NCBI GenBank assembly: GCA_965645245.1
Contig: OZ287068.1
Location: forward strand, 434,001-498,000
Origin: Massalongia carnosa
Lineage: Eukaryota
Direction: 5' to 3'
Length of the DNA: 64,000 nucleotides
The notes under the pieces were generated by a model. The model was not told the DNA's origin. It made no database searches and saw only the letters and a list, made by a program, of their open reading frames with translations. A program made the position numbers and the translations under genes. This document shows positions 1-13,071 of the stretch, in pieces; within the stretch, counting starts at the first letter, position 1, and every line of letters starts with the position of its first letter.

Positions 1-959
1 GCCTAGTGGGCGTTGGGGGGTTCATCCCAACGTCCGAGCTCTCTCCAGAGCAGGTTTCCGGAAGGCTGACCATGACATTTGGCCCCCAAGGTTTCTTCGG
101 TTACGGGGTCTGCACCTCGACGCTTTTCACCCCGGCTTCTGCGTGTGAGAGTCCAACAAACGAGACTGAAACCTTAAGAGACGATACTCAAGCAACCGAG
201 ACTCTCCTAACGCAGGCTCCTAATCCTGCCGGCCCCCAAGCGGTCTGGTGGTCGACCTACAGCATTGCCGACCTCCCCGACACTAAAACCTTTGACAGAG
301 ATGACATCCGCCGTCAGCTGCGGTCCCGTCATTCCACTTGGGCAGACCCGACCATCCGTCGCATCGTCTCCACTGCTGCTATCGACTCCATCTACCCAAC
401 CTGGACGACGCCTGACCTCCCAACCTGGGGTCGAAACGGTGTGGTGCTGGTCGGTGATGCTGCGCATGCTTTGCAGCCCAGCTCGGGCCAGGGAGCATCG
501 CAAGCGCTCGAGGATGCGCAGATGCTCGCATTGCTACTCAAGCACTATATAGGCCTTTTACGACCCTCCAGCAACGGTGAAAACGATGATACAGCTATTA
601 AAAACCCACCCGATGACAATTCGAATGCGGAAAGAAATGCCATCAACCAAGCTGTGAAAGCATATTTCCAGCTCCGTAGTCCCCGCGTGAAGCGCATTGC
701 CGACCGCGCCAAATACACGGGGGATATGAAGCGGAAGAAGGGGCTGGTGGGGGAATGGTTGACGTATTTCTTCATCTGGCTTATTGGTGGGCATTCCTTA
801 TCCCTTGTTGCTTGTGCACATAAGCTCAGGGTAAATAATTTATAGTACTAATGTTTATATTGTGCAGGGAAGTTGCCATCGGACTCCTTTACCGAATTTG
901 TCGTCAACTATAGCGCTACGACGGAGGTTAAGAAGTTCTTTGCGGAGAAGAAACAATAA
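1..959 (+). CDS. FAD-dependent monooxygenase (FAD_binding_3 / salicylate hydroxylase-like), 3' part; 5' end lies outside the window
   Basis: ORF 6-845 has the motif VLVGDAAHALQPSSGQGASQALEDA. Predicted intron 787-867 (GTGGGC...TACTAAT...TGCAG) joins in frame to a last exon GKLPSDSF...EKKQ* (TAA 957-959). Confidence 0.85.
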
Positions 960-1164
960 AGCGGGCTCCTACTTGTTGGTTCCCTGTCTTTTTTTCCCCG
1001 CTGTTTCCCCTTCTTCTCTCCTCTTCCCTCTTCTTACCACATTTCTCTTATCTCCCCTCATCGCATTCAACTCCCCTGTACCAAAAACAATAAAAAAATA
1101 AAAGAACTAAATACAAATCAAATCAAAAATCCAAACCAAACCCCCATTCCCAGCCCGCTCATCC

Positions 1165-1165
1165 G

Positions 1166-1197
<32 letters not shown>

Positions 1198-1198
1198 C
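1165..1198. repeat. (GCCT)n microsatellite, about 8 units
   Basis: Direct reading: gcctgcctgcctgcct... Confidence 0.9.
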
Positions 1199-4100
1199 TG
1201 CGAAAAACCCAATACAGAATCCCCACCCTTCGTATCTGTACCTAAAACACCAGAAAAGCGATCAGAAGCTGCTCGCAACAAGTGTCTTGAGTCTAAGAAT
1301 ATACTAATCAACGAATAGTCAATCTGCGTTAAATGAAGCGATAGAAAACTTCTTTACTTAATTTCGAACTTTGATTCGACTTCTTTTGAAACCTTTCAAG
1401 ACGAGCGTTGATCGTATTTCATCGCTTTTTTCTTTCTATTTCCTTCTTCGTTTCTTATCGTCAAGTCTTCTTCTCGAAATTCAAAGTTTCTATGACTTGT
1501 TCATTCTTTTTCTATGATTATTGTCGCTCTGACTCTTCGTCGATTTTTTCTATTCTTCGTACATACATACATACGTATTATCTTCATTTGAAAATCACAT
1601 TTCATATGTACTCGTATTATGCTCAGCCTCTGTCTCGAAATCGAAATCGAAATCAGTCACACATTCTCTCTAAGATTTTTCTCTTTATCATCATCCTCAG
1701 CATCAAAATCTCAATTTTTCATTTTTGATTCTTCACTCAACTCAAATCTTTCAAATCACATCAACCTATTCGAATCCCAGCATACTCACTCTCATTCCAT
1801 GTTCATCTTCTAACTGATGCGTGTTTCCTCTCCTGATTTCATTCTTGCCTAGCTCTTCCTGCAACTTCTCAAACCCCCATTTAAGTCTTGTTTCGTATTT
1901 CCTTCCTACCTTACCTCTTTCGCTTCTCCCCTCTCTTTTCCCACCTAACCCCATTCCTTCTCTGTTCGTGAAGAAGAAAAAGAAAAACCAAATCGAAACT
2001 TAGCCCACCTCTTTCTAGCGCTCTAACCAAAACCCAACGCCTGGCTCTGGAGGTAGATGGATAGGTAGCTTAGGAGATACGATACACCCTCCCCAAAATC
2101 CATAATCTGTAAAGATGTTTTCAATAGCACCAGAGGAGGATGATGAGTGGAAAATTTACATGGTTTAGAAGAGGTTTGGATGAACTGCAAACGTTCCTCC
2201 CCCAGTCGCTTTTGTTCCTCAGTGCGGAGGTTGGAAAGGGGGATGTTTTTCCTTTCGTGGAAGCTGGATAGATTAGTTGCTGCATTTTTTTAGTGGTTCA
2301 GGGAGTGAATAGAATAAACAAAAAAACACCTAATACTAAGTCCCAACCATTAGGAGAACAGGGAAGGGGCGTGCTAGCAAGAAAGCGAGGTACGAGTACT
2401 ACAGATAAGGTATAAAGAAGATTATTCAAGCGTGGCGGTTTGATTTTAAGTTTTATCTTGTCATTTTAAACCTTTTTGGGTAAAGAGGAAGAGTTTGCGG
2501 AGAGTAAGGAAAGGGGAAGGGAAAGGAAGAGTGAGGGAACAACGGGGATGTGATGAATGTACGGGAGATAAACGCAGCTTTAGATAGTGAGGAATGGGCA
2601 GATTTCGCTCAATCCAGTCATCCGTCCAAGAAAAACTACGCCGGCATTTCCGGGATTGGGTTGCTTGGTTCCATATGTCATATCCCAAGCAGGTATCTAT
2701 CTCTCCCTCTTTCCCGAGACGGCGGGATCTAAATTCCTGCATCGATTCCTTCCTTATTCCTCTTTCTAGGGAGAAATTCAAGGAAAGGATTTTACTATAC
2801 ATAGGAGTAACTTAAGAAGCTAAAGGAGGGAGATGTTTCAGTGGGTAGGAATGGGTAGGTACTAAATAAGGGCTGCGAATAGTATCATGGATGATGATAG
2901 GGATGATACTTGGGTAAGAGAGCTCCCTGGACATATTCTAAATGGTATCTATTATTCTTATCTTGACAACGTTGACCGCTTCAGGCGTAAAAGCTCGCCC
3001 GGGAGGGGTAGAGAATGTGGAAAGGCGTAAAGGGATTGGATATTGCTAAGGTGGTTTTGTTGCGTCCTTAGGCTTGGCTTGAATAATTTCTGTGTAGTTA
3101 TAGACGAGTAGGATGGTAAGAGTAGGCAAGGAAAATATAGTGAAAGACGCGAGATGTTTTTGGGGGGGCTTGCTAATATTCATGATTTTAGGCCACTGCG
3201 TTTCTTTCTAACTATTCATAGATAACGTATTGATATTGACCATTCTTGTACGGAAGTGCGTCTTGTGCTGCGGCCTACAGCTTATGAGGGTTCGTATTCA
3301 TTCTCATACCCGACCAGGGAAAGATGATGAAGACAGAGAAGCTAGAGGGGTCCAAAGGAGCTTTTAACCCCAGATAGTATTAATTGGAGCGTAGGTAGTC
3401 CATTTTTGGTTTTTCTCAATGAATCTTTGATAGACGGATAGAAAAGGAGCAAACAGGAGAGTGTTCCGAGCATAGAATTATCGACTAGAGTTAAATTTTA
3501 CTCTGAACGGAGATTTTTGAGACACGATGTGCTTTTGTAAGGGGAGTATTTTGGTGGATGAGTATTCACGCGGTTTCTGGAAATAGTGAACCCCTGAAAA
3601 TCGAACTGAGAGTATTACTTCGACCTAGTTTGTAACGCTGGGAATTAGTTATTGACTCCGACTGGAATGAAAGAATGGAAGAACTTGGCCTTAAGAATGC
3701 TGGTGCAATTGGATCTGCTGTATCTTAACTTCTTCCATCCCCGTTTGGGGCGGGAAGGTAGAGATCTTTTCAATCAGTTCTCAGAACTCGTCATCAATCA
3801 TTTGTCTCGGCTCTGGGTACACGCTGTGCTGACTTTGCTCCAAGTCTTGTCATCGATCCTACTTTCCAACTCTTGCACCGAATGGTGTTGGTCGGCCTCG
3901 CTCCGGATCATCCATTCTACGGAGCGTGAATCTCACAGAAAGAGATGTGAAAAAGTTCTCTAGTCCTCAAATAAGGCTCCCAACATCGCGTTGTTCTTGT
4001 CGTCCCTTTATTAATACCCATAGCGCGGCGCGAGAATGATATTCCTAAGTCCGGATATAACATCCGGATGCATTTTTTCACGATCATCCAACACAAAGCT

Positions 4101-5097
4101 CTTCTTCGTGTCCCACACATCTTTCATCCAATACACATGAATCATAAACCCATACAGCCACATGTTTCGAAGCTTGAAAGTTTTTACCTGAAAGTCTCCT
4201 CTCATAATCTGTTCACTTCAGCCTCTTCTTGTTAGCATACTTCTTCATACTTGTCAGGGGAACTTTGCAGCAAACCTGATCGGATAGAGATTGTGCAATC
4301 ATTCACGCCGCGCTTGATATCCTAAGTTGGGACCAGCTACAGTCAACCAACTCAAATGTCTTTCATCTATTTCCTGTTAGACTAAGGCTTTACCTGTCAA
4401 CATATTTCTCCATAAGAACTGTTAAGTGATTTCACATCATACCTGGTCAGCAGCAAGTCATCCGAGCACTCTCACCGCGTCTATCAACCGCGAGCCAAAA
4501 CTGACAGACTTGGACTCCCCTTCTCCTATGCTTTTAGATAAACAAACTCTCCTCGGTAGCACACTTCTCCATTCTCAGATTTCAAGGGGCTTCGCGGTAA
4601 GCTGCTCTGAATGGAATTTTTTGGCATGTTGACACCGCGCCTAACAATCCACCTTGAAAGCAAAGCTACAATCATCAGACACATAGCTTTCTACCCCTAT
4701 ACAGGTTGAAAAGCCATGAAAGATTACCCTGGCTTAACAGAAAAACAGCGTCGCATACTCAAAACACACGGCCTTCTCGATGTGCTCGCTGACTGGTTCA
4801 TAAGTAAAGCCCATAAGGCTAGGCTTCAAGAATACGCCGACATCATCAAGGAACGAAGGAGAAAGAGGAAAGCTAATCTCGAGATCTCTAAAGTGTAAAT
4901 GAATTCCCATTTATTAGCACCCAGCAGCTCCAAAGAGAGAGCAAACAACTTCATAGGACCAATGACACCCACAAAGCTTCCTCATAACAGCCAAGAGTTT
5001 GACAGTAGGTTCTCTTTACAATCTTCTTCGACATCTGAAAAGAAATGATAAAAAATATAAATTATAGATAAACTGACTAAGAGTAACAGTTCCAGCC

Positions 5098-8000
5098 ATG
5101 TGGAAATGGCCAGCGGTCTTAGGTAGTGATTCACTTACGAGCATGAAGGGAAAATCCTTTAAACCTTGGTACCAGAAAGGTATTTCGCCTTCGTGCTTTG
5201 GGGTAACGCGTGAGCAACGCTTTCGTTATGATGACGCTGACTAACTGAGTTAGAACTGTTGATCGCCCCTTCGGCGATATTGACACCTCCATTCACCACC
5301 ACGCCTACCAGCGTACTCAAAGGCTCAGCTTCCAGCTATAAATTAGTTAAACCAACCAGATTACCTACATTGCCTGAACAACATCGCAGAGCACACCGGC
5401 ATCGTTCTTTCAGTTCTCCATCTATAGTAAGAATACCGGAAAAAGGCATCCTTAAATCTCCTGGCTTCGTAACCTCATCCAGTTTTAGTGCGTCTCCTTT
5501 GTCTGAAATAGGGACACACCAGAGGGTAAATGCTGATCTTTTCGACTCCGTAATTTCACCTGATTTCACACCTTCTCCTGCATTAACAACTTCTGCTTCC
5601 TCCAAAAGAAGAACAGAGCACAACCACAACGGTGATCCTTTAATAACCTCGCCTGGCATTACATCTTCTCTTGGATACGTTACCTGTTCCTCCAAGACAA
5701 GGCCACAGGATAAGGACGACGGTGATTCTTCTAGCTTTACTTCTCCATCTCACTTCACAACCTCCCCGGCAGCAATCATCTCATCTTCCATTAAAGCAAG
5801 GACTCAGGACAAGATCAACAACAGCCTCCTCCTAACCTCATCTGACCTTTTTGTCTCTTCTGAAGTCACACCTAGTAAACAGGGTAGATATCCTTCTAAC
5901 TTGATAACCTCGTCTAGCTTTACAACCCTTCCTTCTTCAAAACCAAAGGCACAGGATAAGGCTAGAATTGAGCAATCGGACTTCATCAATACTTTTGATT
6001 TTACTGGCTTTTCAGACTCCATAGTTTCTTCTTTAACCCAAGAAATAATCCAGGATACGGACAGCGTCGATTCTTCCGAGTTCGTCAGCTTCTACATAGC
6101 CAGATCAAAGGTGCAGATTGAAGATGACCTTGATGCTTCATTACAAACCGAAGGCGACGTTCAATCTTCTAGATTAAGATCTTTATCGAAACCAAGGAGG
6201 CAAGACAAAGGCGATTCTAATTCCTTGACTCATGGCAAAGTCATATCTCAATCCATACCAAGAGCACAGAACAAGGACGATGGTGGCTTTTGGATTCAAC
6301 CCAGACAGAAGGCTGATTCTTCAGATTTCATAAACTCCTACTCATCCAATCCAAAGACACCAACCAAAGGTGATCTTATTTCCTCGATACAAACTGAAGC
6401 CCAAATTCCCTCTTCAGAGTTCGGCTTGTCTTCATTCAAAGCAAGGACCCAAAATGCCAATGCTCTTGATAATTCTAAGTTCATAAACTCTCCATTATCC
6501 AAGCTAAGAACACAAAGCAAAGACTATCTTGGTCCTTCGAAACAGGCAAAGACACAAGATCATCCTTTTGGTATCGGTTCTTCTTCATCCAAAGCAAGGA
6601 CACAAACCATAAGCGACCCTGACTCTTCTAGCTTCATAGCCTCTTCATCCAAACTAAGGACCCAAACTAAAGGCAATCTTCATTCTTCTGATTTATCAAG
6701 CTCTTATTCAGCTCAAGCGGAGGTGTCGACTAAAAGCAACGTTGAAACTTTAAGCACCCTAACCTCCAGTTTCACCGACATAAAGCCGCAAATCAGAAGG
6801 GCCGTTGACGCTTCAGGCTTTACTAACACTTCTTCAATAACAGCAAGAACACATACCATAAAGGCTGATAACTTTGAATTCATAAACTCTTCATTTTCCA
6901 AGGTAGAAACACAGGTTGTAGGCGACTCCGATTCTTCCAAGAGCATAGGCTCTTCTTCATCTAAAACAATAACACAGGGAAAAGGCGTCATCCACCCACC
7001 TGGTTCCATCAGCTCACTTCCATCCCATAGTGAAGCTCTCTCATCTAATATCATAAGCTCCTCTACATCAAAATCAAAGGCATCAAAGAAGGAAAGATCC
7101 TATTCACCTGAACTTTTAAGCTCGTCCACATCCAAAATAAGAGCAGAGAATAAAATTCGAGCCCATCCGCCTGGCTCTCTGAAAGCATCTTTCTCCGAAC
7201 CAAACACACAGAACCAAGGCGACTCCGGTTCTCCTAGCTTCATAAACCCCTTGTCCTCCGCTTCAGAGACACATCCTGAAGTGAACCCACCTGATCCCGC
7301 AGGCACGTTTTCATCCAAAGCAAACTCCCAAGACGAAAGCCATATTCCTTATCCTGGTTTCATACGCCCGTCTTCGCCATCGGACAACGAGAATTACGGG
7401 GAACAAATCATCCTCCCTAGCCTTGATCCTTCCGCGCTCAGCCAACTGCCCCTCCGCCTACAGAGCTCTCTCCTAGCTATGCAACAAGAACGGGAGCAAA
7501 ATAGGGCTCCACTGGAGGGTAGCGAAACCCTCGAGGCAACTGGGCCACGTCTTGGCCCAGTTGGCTCGAGGGGGACCTTTGCGGACCGCCGCCGGGGGCG
7601 CGTCTTTGACGTCGCCCCAGACCTTGCGGCGATGAACGGTGTGACACAGTACACGCCGTTACACTCAAATCCGCCCAACGAGCGGGAAATCGCGTACGCG
7701 AGATGTAAGCATTTCCAGTGAGATAGTTTGAAAGACGACGCTGACTTGAACACCTTAGTCCTGGCGGCGCGGCGCCCGCTTCGCCCAACTCCTGAGGCCC
7801 CCCTTCCTGTTGTCCCCACGGTCGGAGCAGCCCAAGAACAGCCTTCGCCGCCAACAACTCAGCGCCGACCGGAGAATGCAATCAGGTCGGCGCTCCGGAA
7901 GAGCAAATCTTTGACGAGCCTTAGAGGCTCTAGCTCGAAGAGAGTTGTTGGGGCGAAGGCTGTGGAGGGGCTGAAGGCTGCGGGGGAGAAGATCATGGGG

Positions 8001-8105
8001 ATCTTCGGAAAAGGGAAGGGGAAAGGGAAAGAGAGGGAGATGGAGGGGAGGGAGGGGATTGAAGAGGGGATGACGACGCGGGGGAGAATAGAGGGCTACT
8101 ACTAA
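5098..8105 (+). CDS. Large Ser/Thr-rich low-complexity protein with internal ~21-aa repeats, function unknown
   Basis: 820-codon open frame 5259-7721. Predicted introns 5180-5253 (GTATTT...CTAAC...TAG) and 7705-7758 (GTAAGC...GCTGAC...TAG) join MWKWPAVLG... upstream and the 7759-8105 exon in frame. Further upstream exons are possible (acceptor-like site at 5089). Confidence 0.65.
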
Positions 8106-8706
8106 GCCCTGGTTTTCATGCTTCGTTTGGGAGTCGGTTTATTTGGGAGCGAAGGGGGCGTATAACCGATTAGATAAAGAAAAGTGTTTTCCGGTGAGTG
8201 AGTATCGCCAAGAAAGACCTCCTTATTTTGAGACATGAGTGAAGCTTAGAGGATTGAACGATAAAACACGAAATATCACAAGAAAAGGGAGCAGTCACAT
8301 ATTAACTCACATAAGATCGAGCTTAAAATCTCGTCTCAGTTAACAGTCGTCGCTATTAATATGTGGAAAGTGAGTTTGAACAATAACAGTAGTCGTGCGA
8401 TCATCGAGTAGACACTAGTTAAAGATGGGCGCTTAATTGTTTGTGAAGCTTAACTTAAACGCGGCTTGGCACTTACGCACTATTACCGGGGATTTTCGAG
8501 AGCCGCTAATTACAGAGAATTGTGAGAGTTGCGGTGCGAAGCTCTAGAATCTTTGCATTCTACCTTCAGGTTAATTCGAAATACATAAGCAACCAACGGC
8601 TTGCAAGTAGGAAGCTACAGATCAGTACCGCTTGATGACTGGTCAAATCTCTAATTTATTACATTCTCAATTAAATTTCTCGATCAGCTAAAATATCACC
8701 GCAAAG

Positions 8707-10575
8707 ATGCAGGCCCCAGTGGTGGTGATGAGTAAGATATTGACGTGATTCCCTAGTCTTCAAGGCCAAGACTTATTCTCGTTTCCTAGACACGCAATCT
8801 GGCGACAGACAAGTCGGCCGGAAAGCACAACTCTCAAATATCACGGCAGCAAAAACGTACGCTCATCAAACCAGGATCTTCAGAACTCGGTCATGAACTG
8901 ACCCCAACCAGCGTTGCGGACATAATAAGATCATGTCTTGGGCCAAAGGCTATGCTAAAAATGCTATTGGATCCCATGGGGGGCATCGTGCTCACGAACG
9001 ACGGTCATGCCATACTACGGGAGATTGAGGTCGCACATCCAGCAGCGAAGAGCATGATAGAGCTGAGCAGAACGCAAGACGAAGAGGTTGGGGATGGCAC
9101 CACTACAGTCATAATATTGGGTACTCAACCGGTTTGAAGGCTATATGATTTCTAAGCTGATGAATTGTAGCGGGAGAGATCCTGGCGCAAGCTCTACCGC
9201 AATTAGAACGAAACATCCACCCCGTCGTCATTATCTCCGCCTTTAAACGTGCCCTAGCAGATGCGCTGGAAATAGTAGAAGAAATCTCGCTGCCTGTTAA
9301 TATCCATGATGACAAGGCTATGTATAGCCTCATCTCCTCGTCTATTGGCACAAAGTTCGTATCTAGGTGGTCGGAATTAATGTGCAACTTGGCGCTGAAG
9401 GCGGTGCGGATAGTCTCCCATGACATCGGCGGAGGAAAGAAAGAGGTAGACATCAAGCGCTATGCAAAGGTGGAGAAAGTCCCGGGCGGAGAAATCGAAG
9501 ACAGCAAAGTCCTTGACGGGGTGATGCTGAACAAAGACATCACGCATCCCAAAATGCGGCGTCGGATCGAAAACCCTCGTGTAATACTGCTAGATTGCCC
9601 GCTGGAGTACAAGAAAGGTGAATCGCAAACCAACATCGAAATCAGCAAGGAGGATGACTGGAACCGTATTCTGCAGATCGAAGAAGAGCAGGTGAAACTC
9701 ATGACCGACGCCATCCTCGCACTGAAACCCGATCTCGTCATTACTGAAAAGGGCGTGTCGGACTTAGCGCAGCACTTCCTTGTCAAACACAACGTCACTG
9801 CCCTCCGCCGTGTGCGCAAAACCGATAACAACCGCATCGCCCGCGCGACTGGCGCCACGATTGTGAACCGTGTCGACGACCTAGTCGAATCCGACGTCGG
9901 CACCCACTGCGGCTTGTTCGAGATCGAGAAGATCGGCGACGAGTACTTTACCTTTCTCACCCGCTGCAAGGTGCCCAAAGCGTGCACCATACTGCTGCGT
10001 GGGCCCTCCAAGGACATTCTCAACGAGATCGAGCGCAACCTGCAAGACGCCATGTCCGTGGCCCGCAACGTCATCTTCCACCCGCGGCTCTCCCCCGGCG
10101 GCGGCGCCACCGAGATGGCCGTCTCCGTGCGACTGGCGCGCAAGGCCAAGGGCGTCGAGGGCGTGCAGCAGTGGCCGTATAAGGCCGTCGCCGAGGCCAT
10201 GGAGGTTATCCCGCGCACCTTGATCCAGAACTCCGGCAGCAGCCCCGTGCGCGTGCTCACGCGGCTGCGCGCCAAGCACGCCGAGGGCCACAGCACGTGG
10301 GGAATCGACGGGGACAAGGGCACGCTGGTCGACATGAAGGAGTACGGCGTGTGGGAGCCGGAGGCGGTCAAGTTGCAGAGCATCAAGACTGCGATCGAAG
10401 TGCGTGGTGCTTTTCTCCCCCAAGCCCCTTATATGTAAACTCCCACCAACCAGACATGCTGACGTGATTCATGGAATTCTAGTCGGCATGCATGCTGTTA
10501 CGAGTCGACGACATCTGCAGCGCCAAGTCAGCGAAACAGGCGGGTGGGAATATTGGGGGCGGGGGCGACGACTAA
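8707..10575 (+). CDS. CCT3: T-complex protein 1 subunit gamma (chaperonin CCT3), multi-exon
   Basis: MQAPVVVM start, LGPKAMLKMLLDPMGG, GDGTTTV, LLDCPLEYKKGESQT, PGGGATEM and a terminal exon SACMLLRVDDI...GDD*; several short GT-AG introns. Confidence 0.97.
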
Positions 10576-10883
10576 CCTCTGGCGTTTTTTTAATGGGAAA
10601 AAAAGAGAGAAAGGGGAGAGGGGAGGATTACGTCTCGGATGGGGATACATCGATATGTGGAAGCACGAATTTTGTATCAAAAAAAAAAAAACAAGCGAAT
10701 GATATCCCATGATGGACATGTCATCCGAAAAAAGAAAAAAAAAGAAAAAGCAGGGTTACCGTCTGCTGAGTATATTTTTACGCACGTAGGTAGGTATGTA
10801 TGTATGTATGCAAATGTGCAAAGATGTCGTCTATTGCCCATCTCCGGATTCTGCATTCTCGTGAACCCCAGAGAAATCCGCGT

Positions 10884-12386
10884 TCAAAAAACCTCCCTTT
10901 CATGATCTTTCCCATTTCTACCTCCACTACCAATACCTTCATCATCATCAACATCGCTCTGATCCCCCAACGCATCCGCCCTTGCCCGACCCTCATCCCC
11001 CGCCTCCGATAGGACTCCCTGTAGCGCCAACGCCATGCTCCGCCATACCGGCAACTCCTTCAAGCGCCTCCGCATCTCCGAGTCCTCGTCGTCGTCCTCC
11101 GACGAACCATTCTGGCTGCCTGCGCCGGAACTCGACCCGCCGCCGTCGCGGCCCGCTTTCATGACGAGGCGCGCCGTCGTCCGAAGCGGAGGGGCGGAGG
11201 GGTTATCGTCGCCCCCGTTCGCTACGAGTTTGGGGGGCTGCGGCCGGGAGGATTGTGAGACCGAGAGGTTGCCCGGTACGGCCTCGTCGACTTCCTCGGG
11301 TTTGCGATCGTGATCTGGGTTCTGAGGCGGCGCCCAGGGTGGGCCCTGCGAGAGCGGCAGGCCCTCATCCGTGAGTAGGTCCGCCGTGTTCTGCCGTCGC
11401 GCGAGCTGCCGCCGGCCGAAGCCGCCCGCGTCGTGCTCATCGCCTTCCCTCGAATCGCCCCAGCGCTTGCGCACGGGAATTGGAGACTCGGGCTGCGCGA
11501 GGGCCTCGGCCTTTTCCCGACGCAGCTGCGACCACGTGCGCAGCTGGTTCTGCAGGATGAACTTGCCGCTGGTGGGGTTGAGCTTCATGACGACAAACTC
11601 GCAGTGATTGACGTTGCGCAGGTCCTCGAAGTACTCAACGCTGAAATGGTACCACTTCATCAGAAAGACACGGGTCATGAGCCCGTGGGTAACGAGCACG
11701 CAGATACTAGCGAAATCATCCTCGCCAAAGCTGCGCCATAGGCTCTCGTTGAAGCCGCTCACGCGGTCGTAGGCGTCAGCTGCGCTCTCGCCGTTTGGGA
11801 TGCGGTAGAAGAAGTGGCCGTAGGTGGCACGCTCGTGCCACATGCGCGACATTTCGGCCGAGCTGGGCTGGAAGTTGCCAAAGTCTTGTTCGCGCAGGCG
11901 GGGCTCTTCGTACACTTTGATGGTGGAGCGGGGGAATGGAGAGGGGTTCGGCGTGGGGGAAGTTAGGGCATTGAGAATGCCTTCGGTCGTTTCGCGTGTG
12001 CGGCGGTATGGAGAAGTGAAGAATTGGAGGGTATCGGTCGGGTGGAGGAGGGAGCGGAGCTTGACGCCTGCTTCAGTAGCCTTGAACACGTGAGAAGGGA
12101 ATTAGCGGGAGAGGTTTTGAGAAAGAGTTGTTAGGGGATGGAGGGTTCACCTGCTTCCAGCCATCTGAGGTGAGTTTGACGCGGTGATCCGGCACTGTTT
12201 GGTGTATGTCGCGGTTTTCTGGCTTGGTTGGTTACTTTCGCCGTGGGTTTAAGTGAGCTTTCACGTACTATTGCCCTCGGATTGAGCGTGCCGGATAAGG
12301 ATTATCATCTGCACAATGAGGTCAATGTCTGTTTTGGTACCATACGAAGAAAACGTGGTCGCTCAACCTACTCGTGGTTTCCCCAT
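10884..12386 (-). CDS. Histidine phosphatase / phosphoglycerate mutase family protein (Det1-like)
   Basis: Short 5' exons read MGKPR-MIILIRHAQSEGN (RH catalytic motif); the main exon has FTSPYRRTRET, LREQDFGNF, GESAADAYDR and LVTHG. Confidence 0.9.
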
Positions 12387-13071
12387 GATGCATATTGAAG
12401 TCCGACTGCCTGAAAACCTAGGACTGAAATGCTAATCAACGACGAGGCTCACGCTAGATCCATCGTGTTCGGTGTCACATCGTATCGATAAGGGATGGAA
12501 ACAAGGATAACGCGCTAAACGCCAATCTTAAGCCTCACAAGCCACACAAGCCACACAAGCCACACTTTAGGATGCACTTTTGGGGCTTGACTAGTAGTAG
12601 CACGTAATCCATCAATAGCTGTTTAGTCCGAAAACACGATGAACGAGAGTGAATCCATCACGGGGAAAACGGATGGAACTCCCTGAGCTCAACTCTACTG
12701 CAAGGTTATCATTAGTCCGTCAAAGTAACATCAACGGTGACGGCATGGGTAGCGTTCAATTGGGCAATCCATAGGCATTGCTCTTATGACACGTCTACGC
12801 TATTGCACCCGCAACTTGGTTTGCAATACGATCACAGCGCGCTTCTGCCGCTCTGCCGCTCTGCCGCTCAGCCATGAGATTCCGATCTATCTACCACAAA
12901 CTTGATGACTTCCATAAATTCTCGCTCAAACTCCGAACCATGTTTACAAAATTCCGTCATTGGAAATGGCCGCTTGTTTCACCTAGGTCCCTTCATCATC
13001 ATCGGTCTCTCTACATTTTGGTTTTCTTTCCTTTTTCCTACGCTCCTTTTTGGCGTCGTCCATTTCGGAAA

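Noticed and set aside
3240..3320. GGTTCG...CCA tRNA-like 3' end
   Set aside because: No T-stem or acceptor-stem pairing; no cloverleaf can be built.
3700..4900. Short ORFs and possible exon fragments on both strands
   Set aside because: No recognisable domain or consistent gene model; may be a decayed gene.
9460..10423. Long antisense ORFs over CCT3, and similar shadows over other GC-rich genes
   Set aside because: Expected from high GC3 codon usage on the opposite strand.
12533..12870. Short tandem repeats (AAGCCACAC)x3-4 and (CTGCCGCT)x3
   Set aside because: Ordinary promoter minisatellites with no further structure.
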